IMG/VR virus record: IMGVR_UViG_3300044719_000048
Location: 64,001-128,000 of that record
Reading direction: 5' to 3' (one strand)
DNA length: 64,000 nt
Origin: a virus
Lineage: Duplodnaviria; Caudoviricetes
The translations under genes were made by a program, and so were the position numbers. Position 1 is the first letter of the stretch, and every line of letters starts with the position of its first letter. Under the pieces are notes generated by a model, which saw only the letters and a program-made list of their open reading frames with translations, was not told where the DNA came from and ran no database searches. Shown here piece by piece: positions 28,714 to 37,586 of this stretch.

Positions 28714-30330
28714 TTACTTCTTGGACTTCTTGCCCTTACCGGACTTCTTGGACTTCTTGGGTTCGTCGTCCTCATCGTCATCGTCGAAGTCATCATCGTC
28801 TTCGTCGTCATCGTCCGACTTGGACTTCTTGCCCTTACCGGACTTCTTGGACTTGGATTTCGGCTCATCCTCTTCGTCATCATCGAAGTCGTCATTTTCA
28901 TCGTCGTCTTCGTCGTTCTTCGATTTGCCCTTCTTGCCCTTGGCAGGCTTCTTGGGTTCGTCATCCTCGTCGTCGAAGTCGTCATCCTCGTCGTCCTCGT
29001 CGTCTTCATCCGAGTCGTCGTCATCGTCGTCCGACTTGGATTTACCCTTCTTTCCCTTGGTCGACTTCTTGGACTTCGACTTGGGTTCATCATCTTCCTC
29101 GTCGTCATCCTCGTCGTCATCCTCGTCATCGTCTTCGTCGTCCGACTTGGACTTCTTACCCTTCTTGCTCTTGGCACCTTTCTTGGACTTGGGTTCGTCT
29201 TCGTCATCATCGAAGTCGTCATCCTCGTCGTCGTCCGAGTCGTCTTCCTCGTCTTCATCCGACTTGGACTTCTTGCCGCCTTTCTTGGACTTCTTCGACT
29301 TGGGCTCATCGTCCTCGTCATCCTCGTCATCCTCGTCATCCTCGTCATCCTCGTCATCCTCGTCATCCTCGTCATCCTCGTCATCCTCGTCCTCGTCGTC
29401 CGACTTGGATTTGCCCTTCTTGGCCGACTTCTTGTTCTTGCCTTTCTTGGACTTCGGTTCGTCCTCGTCGTCTTCATCATCGTCGCCGTCATCGTCAGGC
29501 AGGTCTTCGTCGTCCTCGTCTTCATCCTTGGACTTCTTCTTGCCTTTGGCGCCCTTGACCTTGACGCCGTTGCGGGACGCCCACGACTCGAAGTCACGCT
29601 TGATCTCGGCTTCCGGGATTTCGTCCTCGAGCTCCGACAGGTCCCAGATCAGGTATTCCTTCTGCTCATCCGTCAGCGGCGTACGTTTGTCGCCCATGAC
29701 GACCTGGTATTGGTCGGCTGGTGCTTTGGTCGAGTCGTACTTGATGCGGACATCGCGGCCGTACTTCTCGTGCGTCAGCGGGAATGCCTTGGTCTGGCCG
29801 TTCACTTCCTTGGTGTTCAGCTGGCCTTGCTCCTTCAGCTTGTTCAGCGCAGCAGTGCCGAGAGGGAATGCGAACACAGGCGTCCACGAATCGCTGTCTT
29901 TGTCCTTGAAGTGGGTCTTCAGTTCCTTCTTTGTGGCTGAGACTTTGCGCGGTTTGTCCTTTTCGGCCGAACGCACGATGCCGTTGATGTAGCCTTTCTT
30001 GGCGAAACGAACCAGCCGCTTGTCTTGCGGGACTTCGTCGGCGATCTGCTGGGCCTCCAGGTCACGCCACGGGTCGTACTTGCTGCTGTCGCGTTGCTGC
30101 GTGTTCGGGTCGTACGACGGGCACGGCGTGTAGAACGTCGTCATCTTGCCGTCCTTCTTCTTGGTCTTGACCCAGTAGCCAGCGTACGTGTAGATCGGGC
30201 CGAACAGGCGCGCCTGCAGCCACTTGCCTTCAGGGAACTTCACCATTGTGACCTTGTCGGCGATCTTCGGCCGCTTACCATTGCCACCGTCGGCGATGTC
30301 GTCGAGGTCGGTGCCCTTTTGCTTTGCCAT
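28714..30330 (-). CDS. Single-stranded DNA-binding protein (gp32-like, putative) with a ~280-aa D/E/K low-complexity tail
   Basis: The N-terminal ~255 aa resemble phage SSBs (RLFGP..., YINGIVR, LTHEKYGRDVRIK); adjacent to recA; acidic tail. Confidence 0.65.
   Translation of the reverse strand: MAKQKGTDLDDIADGGNGKRPKIADKVTMVKFPEGKWLQARLFGPIYTYAGYWVKTKKKDGKMTTFYTPCPSYDPNTQQRDSSKYDPWRDLEAQQIADEVPQDKRLVRFAKKGYINGIVRSAEKDKPRKVSATKKELKTHFKDKDSDSWTPVFAFPLGTAALNKLKEQGQLNTKEVNGQTKAFPLTHEKYGRDVRIKYDSTKAPADQYQVVMGDKRTPLTDEQKEYLIWDLSELEDEIPEAEIKRDFESWASRNGVKVKGAKGKKKSKDEDEDDEDLPDDDGDDDEDDEDEPKSKKGKNKKSAKKGKSKSDDEDEDDEDDEDDEDDEDDEDDEDDEDDEDDEPKSKKSKKGGKKSKSDEDEEDDSDDDEDDDFDDDEDEPKSKKGAKSKKGKKSKSDDEDDDEDDDEDDDEEDDEPKSKSKKSTKGKKGKSKSDDDDDDSDEDDEDDEDDDFDDEDDEPKKPAKGKKGKSKNDEDDDENDDFDDDEEDEPKSKSKKSGKGKKSKSDDDDEDDDDFDDDDEDDEPKKSKKSGKGKKSKK
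29312..29391. repeat. 9-bp tandem repeat (TCCTCGTCA)x8 plus a partial copy, encoding (EDD)n
   Basis: Eight perfect units counted at 29312-29383, within a longer degenerate repeat region 28714-29560. Confidence 0.95.
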
Positions 30331-30377
30331 CTACTACTCCTTGTTGTTGATGAAATGAATGTTTGCCACAGCGATTC

Positions 30378-30385
30378 TATTTACT
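30378..30385 (-). promoter_or_regulatory. AGTAAATA promoter-like motif (class B)
   Basis: ~48 nt upstream of the SSB start; one of eight same-strand copies. Confidence 0.6.
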
Positions 30386-30554
30386 AGTTGCTTAAGAGAT
30401 ACGCAACCGATGCGGACCAAACTACGAGGGCTATGGCCCATAGTGCGCCACGCAACACGAGCGCGAGATGGCCGGTCTTGTGTGCTCGGTACAACAAATG
30501 CAGGAAAGGTGCGAGCAACAGCGCCAAGCCTGCGTAGTGCGAAACGGTCTTCAT
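30384..30554 (-). CDS. Small two-helix membrane protein (56 aa, absent from the ORF track)
   Basis: Hand translation gives MKTVSHYAGLALLLAPFLHLLYRAHKTGHLALVLRGALWAIALVVWSASVAYLLSN*; ATGA overlap with the upstream stop. Confidence 0.55.
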   Translation of the reverse strand: MKTVSHYAGLALLLAPFLHLLYRAHKTGHLALVLRGALWAIALVVWSASVAYLLSN

Positions 30555-30931
30555 GGTTTAACCGCCGATCCGTAGCCTTCGCTGCCATCAGCAGCTATGA
30601 CGTAGATACGATGCACTGGCAGTATCCTCTGATCCGGATTATAGATGCCGTCAGTGAACATATCCATGCCCATAAGGGCACCAAAGTGGCCTGCCATCAC
30701 GGCCTCGTGCTGCGGGACTGGGTCGAAGAGGAGAAGCAGATCATCGTCGTGCACGAGTGCATTGTACGCCCGAATGTCCAACAGTACGTACGCAGTGTCA
30801 CGCTTGTCGCGCGGCAGCTTGTTGCGCAACGCCGATACCAATTCGCTATTCAGCGTGACTGGGACGGTAGAGACCTCAGAGTTGCAGTGGGACTCTAGCT
30901 TGGCTTTGATCTCTTCAGGACTGTACTGCAT
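30551..30931 (-). CDS. Hypothetical protein
   Basis: 126 aa, AGGAGA RBS. Confidence 0.65.
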   Translation of the reverse strand: MQYSPEEIKAKLESHCNSEVSTVPVTLNSELVSALRNKLPRDKRDTAYVLLDIRAYNALVHDDDLLLLFDPVPQHEAVMAGHFGALMGMDMFTDGIYNPDQRILPVHRIYVIAADGSEGYGSAVKP

Positions 30932-31301
30932 TGGATTCTCCTTGTTTGGTAGGGCGAACAGAGTCGCATTCGATTGTCAACGTCAGATTTTTGATGACCT
31001 CGATGAGACGATGTTTAGCCCCTTGGTCTGCGCAAGCCAATGCCGTCTCGTTCAGCACCATCAGCGTCGTCTGAATAACGCCTTTGTATTGGGCTGACCG
31101 CTCGGCATCGCGCTCCTGCAGATGCTCAACGACCTTGGAAAACAGCTCATCGCGTATCTCCTGAGGCAGCTTGTCGCGCATGAGCACTGCGTTGGAAGCC
31201 TCTGACTGTCGACAGCGCATCGTCAGATCGGAGACCTGCGAGCGTAGGGCTGCTATGGTCAGCAGGAGCCCTCGGTCGGGTTGGTTAGGCTGGATCTTCA
31301 C
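30915..31301 (-). CDS. Hypothetical helical protein
   Basis: 128 aa, GAGGAG RBS, overlaps its neighbours. Confidence 0.6.
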   Translation of the reverse strand: MKIQPNQPDRGLLLTIAALRSQVSDLTMRCRQSEASNAVLMRDKLPQEIRDELFSKVVEHLQERDAERSAQYKGVIQTTLMVLNETALACADQGAKHRLIEVIKNLTLTIECDSVRPTKQGESNAVQS

Positions 31302-32256
31302 ACACGAACTCCTCTAATAGACGACGATGCTTCAACGAGACGTACTGCGGTATGTGCATGGAGGTCCGAACCAGTCCTTCGGGGTCCACCTGTTGGCTGA
31401 TGTACGCAACGTGCTGCCACATCTCAGCTGACTGGTCAGGCATAACCATACCAAGCAGGTCATGCACTGCGTCACCGTGCTCTTCGATAAGGCCTTCGTA
31501 CGACGAGTCCTGATGGCCTTCTGCCAGTTTGGCTACTTCCGACTTGGCCGACTTGAACCAAGATTGCATGAATGTCGTGATGACTCCGTGCCGTGAGTCG
31601 CAGCGGTCGATGGCTCGGGAGACAACCAACAGGTAGATCTGCACCACGTCGTCCAGCTTCACCACGTAGTTGTAGTCCCGGTAGGTGGCTTGAGCCTGCA
31701 AGAGGGCCATGCGCGTGTACTTCTCGACGATCTGCTCTTTCCACTTACGGGCCTTCGCCGACCAGTACTCGACCTCCATGATCGCGGCGTAGAGTTCACC
31801 GCCTTCGCGCATGCCTATTGCGCGCTCTATCTGCCAGCACAGGCTTCGGGTGCGGACAGTCAGCAGGGCGCTCTCGTGCATTTTCCTGTAGTCCTTGAGG
31901 CGGTTGAGGAAGAACGAGATGAAGCCAAACAGCAGACCGCGGTTGATGTGCATGTCCTTGGCGAGGTCCACCAGCTTGGTATCTTCGGCACGTAGACAGT
32001 TGAACAGCTGCGTGGGTAGTTTCTGCCGGTCGTTGGATGTGAACTTGGCGGAGGCTTTCAGCGTCTGCCGCGCCACGATCTTGCACAGGTAGCCTTTGAA
32101 GAACTCGGGACACTCCAATGCTATAGGCTCCAGCGCCTTCCACAGAAAGTGGTTCAGGGTCTGCAGGTATTGCAGACTCGTGTAATTGGTACTGATGGAC
32201 TCGCGTATGGTCTTGAGGGATTCAAACGCCCTCGAATGTTCGTACTGGGCCGCCAT
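31285..32256 (-). CDS. Phage sigma-70-like transcription factor (region 2 recognisable)
   Basis: KEQIVEKYTRMALLQA...KLDDVVQ...VSRAIDRCDSRHGVITTFMQSWFK aligns by eye with sigma-70 regions 2.1-2.4. Confidence 0.65.
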   Translation of the reverse strand: MAAQYEHSRAFESLKTIRESISTNYTSLQYLQTLNHFLWKALEPIALECPEFFKGYLCKIVARQTLKASAKFTSNDRQKLPTQLFNCLRAEDTKLVDLAKDMHINRGLLFGFISFFLNRLKDYRKMHESALLTVRTRSLCWQIERAIGMREGGELYAAIMEVEYWSAKARKWKEQIVEKYTRMALLQAQATYRDYNYVVKLDDVVQIYLLVVSRAIDRCDSRHGVITTFMQSWFKSAKSEVAKLAEGHQDSSYEGLIEEHGDAVHDLLGMVMPDQSAEMWQHVAYISQQVDPEGLVRTSMHIPQYVSLKHRRLLEEFVCEDPA

Positions 32257-32681
32257 CAGAGGGTTCCTGGTGGGAGCTTAGGACGAATGCGCTCCACCAG
32301 AGCAACCATGTGCTTGCAGAGCGAGTTCCTGAGCTTGGGATTGGTAGTGCTCGGGGGTTCACCATTCGAGTACTCGATGACGGCGGCATCTTTAGCAGCG
32401 TTGGCGAATTCCCAGCGGAACGTGTTGTCCTCGCACGAGCACGCGCAGTGGACGTTCAGCTTCTTGTCGATGAACGTGATGACCGTGATGTGGTGGTTCG
32501 GATTCTGAGTCCGCACGAGCTTGCCCTGCGCGTTGACCCTGTGAGTCGAGTACGACTTGCACGCCACGTAGCCCAGACCGTTTTTCAGATGGCCGGTCTT
32601 CACGCCGACGAGCTTCACGTAGCGCGCTCTGTGCTTGCGTTCGTCGTCCGTCTTTGCCATGAATCGTTTCAGTGTCAGCAT
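32256..32681 (-). CDS. SWIM zinc-finger protein
   Basis: CSCED..FRWE...LCKH (CxC...CxH); TGATG-coupled to the sigma-like gene. Confidence 0.75.
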   Translation of the reverse strand: MLTLKRFMAKTDDERKHRARYVKLVGVKTGHLKNGLGYVACKSYSTHRVNAQGKLVRTQNPNHHITVITFIDKKLNVHCACSCEDNTFRWEFANAAKDAAVIEYSNGEPPSTTNPKLRNSLCKHMVALVERIRPKLPPGTL

Positions 32682-32682
32682 C

Positions 32683-33174
32683 TCAACCTCCCTTAGCAGA
32701 ATCCATGAAATTCAGGCTAGGTGCGCGACCCCATCCGTGTAGGCACGCCACCAGCGGATCACGGAAGGGCAGAACGACTGTTGGAGAGACAGGCGCTCGG
32801 TGGTCGTCTGCCATGAGGTGTTGGCCTTCGACAGGTTGTCGCGCAGCTGGCTTCACCGGAGCGCCGTCCCAATCGGTAGGAAGCAGCTTCGTGGCTCTCT
32901 CATAGGCGTCTTCGGTGATCTTGAACATCTTGAAGCCGGGACCGGCTGCGACGCGTGTGGTGTCGTAGTGCGAGAACTTCACCAGCCCCAGCTCAAGGAA
33001 CTCATTGAGGAATTCCCTGCCGGTAGAGGTCGACATGTCGAGATATGCGGCCACGTCTTCTGAGGAAGCAGTGCCCTGCTCCTCTACGTATTTCAGAGCG
33101 CGCAGCATGTTGACGTTGCGCAGCGCAGTGGCTTTCGTGAACTTGGTTCGTTGAGCGGCTTTAGGACGAGGCAT
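32683..33174 (-). CDS. Winged-HTH DNA-binding protein with a C-terminal RDPLVA motif
   Basis: SSEDVAAYLDMSTSTGREFLNEFLELGLV HTH; start at MPRPK (GGAG RBS). Confidence 0.7.
   Translation of the reverse strand: MPRPKAAQRTKFTKATALRNVNMLRALKYVEEQGTASSEDVAAYLDMSTSTGREFLNEFLELGLVKFSHYDTTRVAAGPGFKMFKITEDAYERATKLLPTDWDGAPVKPAARQPVEGQHLMADDHRAPVSPTVVLPFRDPLVACLHGWGRAPSLNFMDSAKGG
32705..32712 (-). promoter_or_regulatory. AATTTCAT promoter-like motif (class A)
   Basis: In the 3' end of the HTH gene, ~24 nt before the SWIM start (GGAGG RBS). Confidence 0.4.
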
Positions 33175-33619
33175 GTTGGCTCCGATGAAAGATGACAGAG
33201 GGTGCGATGCCACTCCCCATCAGGTATGCGACGAGTGGATCACGGCGAACATTGCACGGCTCCCACTCCTTCACGGGCTCTGCCGATTTAGGAGTTTCCG
33301 GCCGCCCGGACGTATGAGAGATCTCAAGGTCCAGTGGAAGTTCCCTGTTGAGGTCCGCCTCTGTGTAGGCAGTCACGCTGTACTTCTTGCGTGCGTCTTT
33401 ACCTTTCGTAGTACCTGAGACCCTAACGAGTTCACACGTCATAAGGTTGAGCACGATCTTGCTGCACTTCGAGGGGCTCCACTTATGTACTGAGTGAATG
33501 TCCTCCTTCGTCACGCCTGGGTTCTCTTTGATGAAGGCCAGGACCTTGCGCAGGTCCCGGATGCGAGCCAGAGTCGCTTTGTTGATGCGACCGAGTTTGA
33601 GTTTCGACTCGCTGGTCAT
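33161..33619 (-). CDS. Winged-HTH DNA-binding protein, paralogue of the downstream gene
   Basis: VLAFIKENPGVTKEDI...SPSKCSKIVLNL; C-terminal RRDPLVAYLMGSGIAPS. Confidence 0.7.
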   Translation of the reverse strand: MTSESKLKLGRINKATLARIRDLRKVLAFIKENPGVTKEDIHSVHKWSPSKCSKIVLNLMTCELVRVSGTTKGKDARKKYSVTAYTEADLNRELPLDLEISHTSGRPETPKSAEPVKEWEPCNVRRDPLVAYLMGSGIAPSVIFHRSQHASS

Positions 33620-34674
33620 TTGAGGCCTCTTTTTGCCCGGAGCTTCCGGATGCGGAGGGTCTCCTGAGAGGAATGGATCATCTTCTCTGCATCGCGAATA
33701 TAGTCGGCGCCGACCTTCCTCATGCCGAGCTCACGTTCAACGCACGAACGCACTAGCGACTTGAGGACAGTGCCTTCGTGGAAGGTCATGTTGAGGGCCT
33801 CTATAAGGTCTTCGACCTCGAAGACATAGGGCTTGCGTTCGGGTCGCTTCGGATTGTCTATGGGGACGCAGTAGTAGTTGACGTTACCGCCGCTATTCTC
33901 CTCTTTGAATTCACGGCGCTCGTGCTGTCGGCGATCCTCGCTGGTGTCAACGAAGGTCGTACCAGGGCAGGGCACAGGTTTAGCCGCGAGCACGTACGAA
34001 GATGGCTGCTGAGTACCTTTGTCAGGTGGAGGTAATACACTGACAGAACCACCACTTGGTAGCACAGTGGTCTGGGCATCCACCCTGTCGGTAAGCTCAG
34101 CAGCCGACTTGGTCGTCGGTTCGTAACCTTTCGTACTACCGTCAAGACATAGCGGAGCCAGGTTCATAGACGTGTCGCTGGTCAACGCAACGGGCGAGTC
34201 TGACGCAAGGATGTCGATGCTTGCCGTATTGCGAGCCGCTGTGCCAGCTATGGATTCCGCTATCCTTTGCGTCACGTACTCACCTGGGCGCAATTCCTCA
34301 GCCGCAGTGGTAGTGACGATGCCTAAACAGGTTCCAGTGCCTTCGATAGACCTTGTCATAGCCAGTTGCTCAGAGGGGCGCACCCCCGCGTCTACCGTGC
34401 CCACACCCTCAACCGGCTCGTTTGTGCGTAGGCTATCGACCATATCAGGCGTGAGTACCACCGCTGACATAGACACGATTCCCACACTCGCGTCCTGAAT
34501 TCGTTTCCTCATCTCGTCGGTCACAGGCACCCATCGAGTACCGCACGGCGTACGCACGATCTGTCGATTATCTCCATTCGTGTGCGTAATCTCTTCCTTG
34601 TAGCAGTTGATTTCGGCCAGCGTGCCGTCCTTGTTCAGCCGACCCGTTGGCAGACCGTCTTTCAATTCACTCAT
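33616..34674 (-). CDS. Protein with a C-terminal DUF3310-like domain and a long T/S/P-rich linker
   Basis: GGNVNYY...EVEDLIEALNMTFHEGTVLKSLVR...DAEKM pattern. Confidence 0.5.
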   Translation of the reverse strand: MSELKDGLPTGRLNKDGTLAEINCYKEEITHTNGDNRQIVRTPCGTRWVPVTDEMRKRIQDASVGIVSMSAVVLTPDMVDSLRTNEPVEGVGTVDAGVRPSEQLAMTRSIEGTGTCLGIVTTTAAEELRPGEYVTQRIAESIAGTAARNTASIDILASDSPVALTSDTSMNLAPLCLDGSTKGYEPTTKSAAELTDRVDAQTTVLPSGGSVSVLPPPDKGTQQPSSYVLAAKPVPCPGTTFVDTSEDRRQHERREFKEENSGGNVNYYCVPIDNPKRPERKPYVFEVEDLIEALNMTFHEGTVLKSLVRSCVERELGMRKVGADYIRDAEKMIHSSQETLRIRKLRAKRGLK

Positions 34675-35194
34675 TTGTCTCTCCTTTGATTCCTAAGTAT
34701 TCACGCCACGGAACTTTCTTGTCATCGACCTTGAAGCCCCATGTACCACGCTTCTTCCACGTGATGAACAGGGTCCACACTCCATCGTCAGGTACTCCCA
34801 CTATTCGGTGGAATTCGCCGAACTTGAGGCTTGCCGTAGTGCCTTGAGTGCGGAAGTAGAAATGCGTACGGCAGCGCGCTGGGCAGTCTTGGACCTCCCG
34901 TTCCTCCCTGTACCAGCTGCGCAGAATGAAGGTCCGCACGTTCCACGGATGATCGTGCAAGTGAAGATCAGGGTCCGGCATGCGTATGCAGTGGACACGA
35001 ATGCTCGGCAGCAGGGTCTTCCACCAGCGCTTCTCGTCATCGCCGGTCGGATAGGGGTTGAACAGCCAATAGCGCTCCATGTAGAGAGCGCCCTTGAGCC
35101 TGATGTGACTGTACGGCCGCCGCTGCGTCTTTTGGATCAACCAGTCGGCAACCATCGGACGAGCCAGTGTTCTTGCGAGAATGTTCCAAAGCAT
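34667..35194 (-). CDS. Cupin-like phage protein
   Basis: YMERYWL...DPDLHLHDHPW...FHRI...VWTLFIT...WGF (HxH...H). Confidence 0.65.
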   Translation of the reverse strand: MLWNILARTLARPMVADWLIQKTQRRPYSHIRLKGALYMERYWLFNPYPTGDDEKRWWKTLLPSIRVHCIRMPDPDLHLHDHPWNVRTFILRSWYREEREVQDCPARCRTHFYFRTQGTTASLKFGEFHRIVGVPDDGVWTLFITWKKRGTWGFKVDDKKVPWREYLGIKGETNE

Positions 35195-35202
35195 AGATGC
35201 TC

Positions 35203-35730
35203 CTATAGGGCGTAACGCTCACGGATGAACCATAGAGGTCCCAGGTGGAAGACCCAACTCCAGACCTTGCGGCCGTCGTGTCCATCGTAGTCGTAAATGA
35301 CCAGGCGAGGGCGACTCCAGTTCCTGAGCCTTTTCGACAGGCGGAGGTCCCACATGCTCAGATCAAAAATCGAATCGTTCGCACGGGCTTTGGCCTCGCG
35401 GTCATCGGTAGAAGTGCCTGCACCACGCATATCCGTTACGACGATCACGAACTGGGCGTCGGTCACGATAACCGATTCGCCCATGCCTACCTTGATCGAC
35501 TCCCGCACCGTGTCGTCAACGCTGTCGGCAAGTTCGCTGATCACGTCATCGGCTTTCTTGTTGGGATGAGAATAACGAGCACCGATCCAGAATGGTGCAG
35601 TGGTGTCGATCTTGATACTGGTGCAGAGCAGGCGTTCGATGTTCAATTCGCCACGAAGATACGATTCACGGATCGAGGTCAACCGTTCGGGGCTGTTGCG
35701 TCCTGGCACGCGGATATGAGTGAGCTTCAT
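35203..35730 (-). CDS. Hypothetical protein
   Basis: 175 aa, AGGAGAGG RBS, ATGA coupling to folA. Confidence 0.6.
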   Translation of the reverse strand: MKLTHIRVPGRNSPERLTSIRESYLRGELNIERLLCTSIKIDTTAPFWIGARYSHPNKKADDVISELADSVDDTVRESIKVGMGESVIVTDAQFVIVVTDMRGAGTSTDDREAKARANDSIFDLSMWDLRLSKRLRNWSRPRLVIYDYDGHDGRKVWSWVFHLGPLWFIRERYAL

Positions 35731-36218
35731 TTCCTCTCCTTTGATTTACTGATGTAGGTGACGAAGGTGTAGTCGACCGATGCAGAAACGGACCGCTTGC
35801 GCTCGCTGCAACGCACAGCTTCCCATTGGAGTGGATCGATCTCAGGGAAGAACGTGTCGCACTCGTAGGTATTGTGGAGGTGAGTGACGATCAACTTGTC
35901 GGCCATCGGCAAGGCTTGTCGGAAGATCTCGGCGCCACCTATAATGAAGATGTCAGAATCGTCCGCGTCCTTGATAGCCGCTTCGATAGAACCATAGAGG
36001 AAGCTACTGGTCGGATTGCGGGAAACCACTAGGTTCTTACGCATAGGCAAAGGCCTGCCAATCGACTCAAAGGTCTTGCGGCCCATGATGATCGGATGGG
36101 TGAGCGTAGTGTTCCTGAAGTGCATCATGTCCTCAGGAACGTTCCACGGCAACTTGTTCTTGAAGCCGATGCCGCGCTGCTCGTCCATCGCTACGATGAT
36201 AATGATGCTTGGTTCCAT
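35727..36218 (-). CDS. folA: Dihydrofolate reductase
   Basis: IG.KNKLPW..PEDM.HF, IMGRKTFESIGRPLP.RKN, IIGGAEIF, CDTFFP. Confidence 0.97.
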   Translation of the reverse strand: MEPSIIIIVAMDEQRGIGFKNKLPWNVPEDMMHFRNTTLTHPIIMGRKTFESIGRPLPMRKNLVVSRNPTSSFLYGSIEAAIKDADDSDIFIIGGAEIFRQALPMADKLIVTHLHNTYECDTFFPEIDPLQWEAVRCSERKRSVSASVDYTFVTYISKSKERK

Positions 36219-36227
36219 GATAGCTCC

Positions 36228-37250
36228 TTAGACGGCGACCTGGGCTTTGATGGCCGGATGTGGATCGTAGCCGACGATCTCGAAGTCCTCGAACTTGTAG
36301 TCAAAGATCGATTCGGGCTTGCGTTTGATCACCAGCTTCGGCAGCGGTTTGGGGGCACGCGACAGCTGGAGTTCGACCTGTTCCATGTGGTTGGAGTAGA
36401 TGTGTACGTCACCTCCGGTCCAGATGAATTCGCCCGCCGCCATACCCACTTGGTGGGCGATCATGTGAGTCAGCAGCGCGTAGGAAGCGATGTTGAACGG
36501 CAAACCCAAGAAGACGTCACACGACCTCTGGTAGAGCTGGCAGTCCAGTGCGCGGCGCGGAACGCCCTGATCATCGAAACGTGCGTGTGCCAACTCGACG
36601 GCGTCTTTATCATCACCGCGTAGCGCCTCCGACCAGTCGAGACTACCTCGATAAGCAGTAGGATTCGGGCTGAGGTTGTCACGCTCAGACAACGACAGCT
36701 CGCGCGTGTAGAACTGGAACAGCGCGTGGCAAGGTGGCAGCTTCATGCGTGGAATGTCGGCCACGTTCCATGCACTGACAATTAGGCGCCTGCTGTCCGG
36801 GTTGGTCTTCAGCTGATTGACGACCTCAGCAATTTGGTCGATTGACTCATGCTCGACAGGCGTACCTTCCGTAATCAGCTGCCAGCCTTCGTTATCGCGG
36901 ACCTCGTATTGGGTACCGCTGTCTCTCACCGCAACGATGTTGCCCGGCCACGAACGCCACTGATAGCCATAGATGGGACCGAGCTCGCCATTCTCGTCTG
37001 CCCACTCGTCCCAGATTGACACGCCGTTCTGCTTTAGGTACTCGATGTTGGTCTGCCCGGACAGGAACCAAATCAGCTCATGGATAATCGACTTCAGGTG
37101 GAGCTTCTTGGTCGTGACCAGCGGAAAGCCGTCTTGCAGATTGAAGCGTGTTTGGTAGCCGAAGACCGACTTGGTGCCAGTGCCGGTGCGGTCGGCCTTG
37201 AACGTACCGTTGGACAGTACGTGACGCATGAGGTCGTGGTATTGTTTCAT
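36228..37250 (-). CDS. thyA: Thymidylate synthase with two loop insertions
   Basis: [59 protein letters not shown]. Confidence 0.98.
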   Translation of the reverse strand: MKQYHDLMRHVLSNGTFKADRTGTGTKSVFGYQTRFNLQDGFPLVTTKKLHLKSIIHELIWFLSGQTNIEYLKQNGVSIWDEWADENGELGPIYGYQWRSWPGNIVAVRDSGTQYEVRDNEGWQLITEGTPVEHESIDQIAEVVNQLKTNPDSRRLIVSAWNVADIPRMKLPPCHALFQFYTRELSLSERDNLSPNPTAYRGSLDWSEALRGDDKDAVELAHARFDDQGVPRRALDCQLYQRSCDVFLGLPFNIASYALLTHMIAHQVGMAAGEFIWTGGDVHIYSNHMEQVELQLSRAPKPLPKLVIKRKPESIFDYKFEDFEIVGYDPHPAIKAQVAV

Positions 37251-37576
37251 TTGTGTTCCTTGTTGGCGTTGTAGATGAAGGACGGACGCTTCGATTTGAT
37301 CCAGCGCCCTTCGACCTGGACGGCGTCTTCAACGTCGTCAAAGTTCACACTGTCGGTTGCCACTGCGTAGTTGACCTGGCAGCCTGCTACTGTTGTGTCC
37401 CCGATCTCGACGTACCAATTGGTTGAGCGACCGTTCGGCCGGATACCAAGCGTGGCCTCCGCTGTCTTGATGGCCGTCAGCGTACCCCAGATGGCCTTGT
37501 ACTGCAAACCGTCTGGAGCGTAAAACCAATTCTCGGTGGTGATGAGTACATTCTTTCCAACATAGCTCTCGTTCAC
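37247..37576 (-). CDS. Hypothetical phage protein
   Basis: 109 aa, AGGAG RBS, GTG start, coupled to thyA. Confidence 0.65.
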   Translation of the reverse strand: MNESYVGKNVLITTENWFYAPDGLQYKAIWGTLTAIKTAEATLGIRPNGRSTNWYVEIGDTTVAGCQVNYAVATDSVNFDDVEDAVQVEGRWIKSKRPSFIYNANKEHK

Positions 37577-37586
37577 TTAAGGCTCC

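Noticed and set aside
28714-29560. Repeat region as a CRISPR array or origin iterons
   Set aside because: The units are in-frame multiples of 3 inside a CDS, with no constant repeat plus unique spacer pattern.
28490-29992. 500-aa poly-serine ORF on the + strand, and the 295-aa T/R/M-rich ORF at 28710-29597 on the - strand
   Set aside because: These are antisense and alternative-frame shadows of the GAC/GAT/GAG/AAG repeats in the SSB tail. The SSB frame has the RBS, promoter motif and terminator.
36228-37250. thyA as a dCMP/dUMP hydroxymethylase, or as intron/intein-containing
   Set aside because: It keeps the canonical dUMP-specifying Asn (PFNIASY) and sits next to folA. The ~30-aa and ~50-aa insertions are in-frame loops without splicing motifs.
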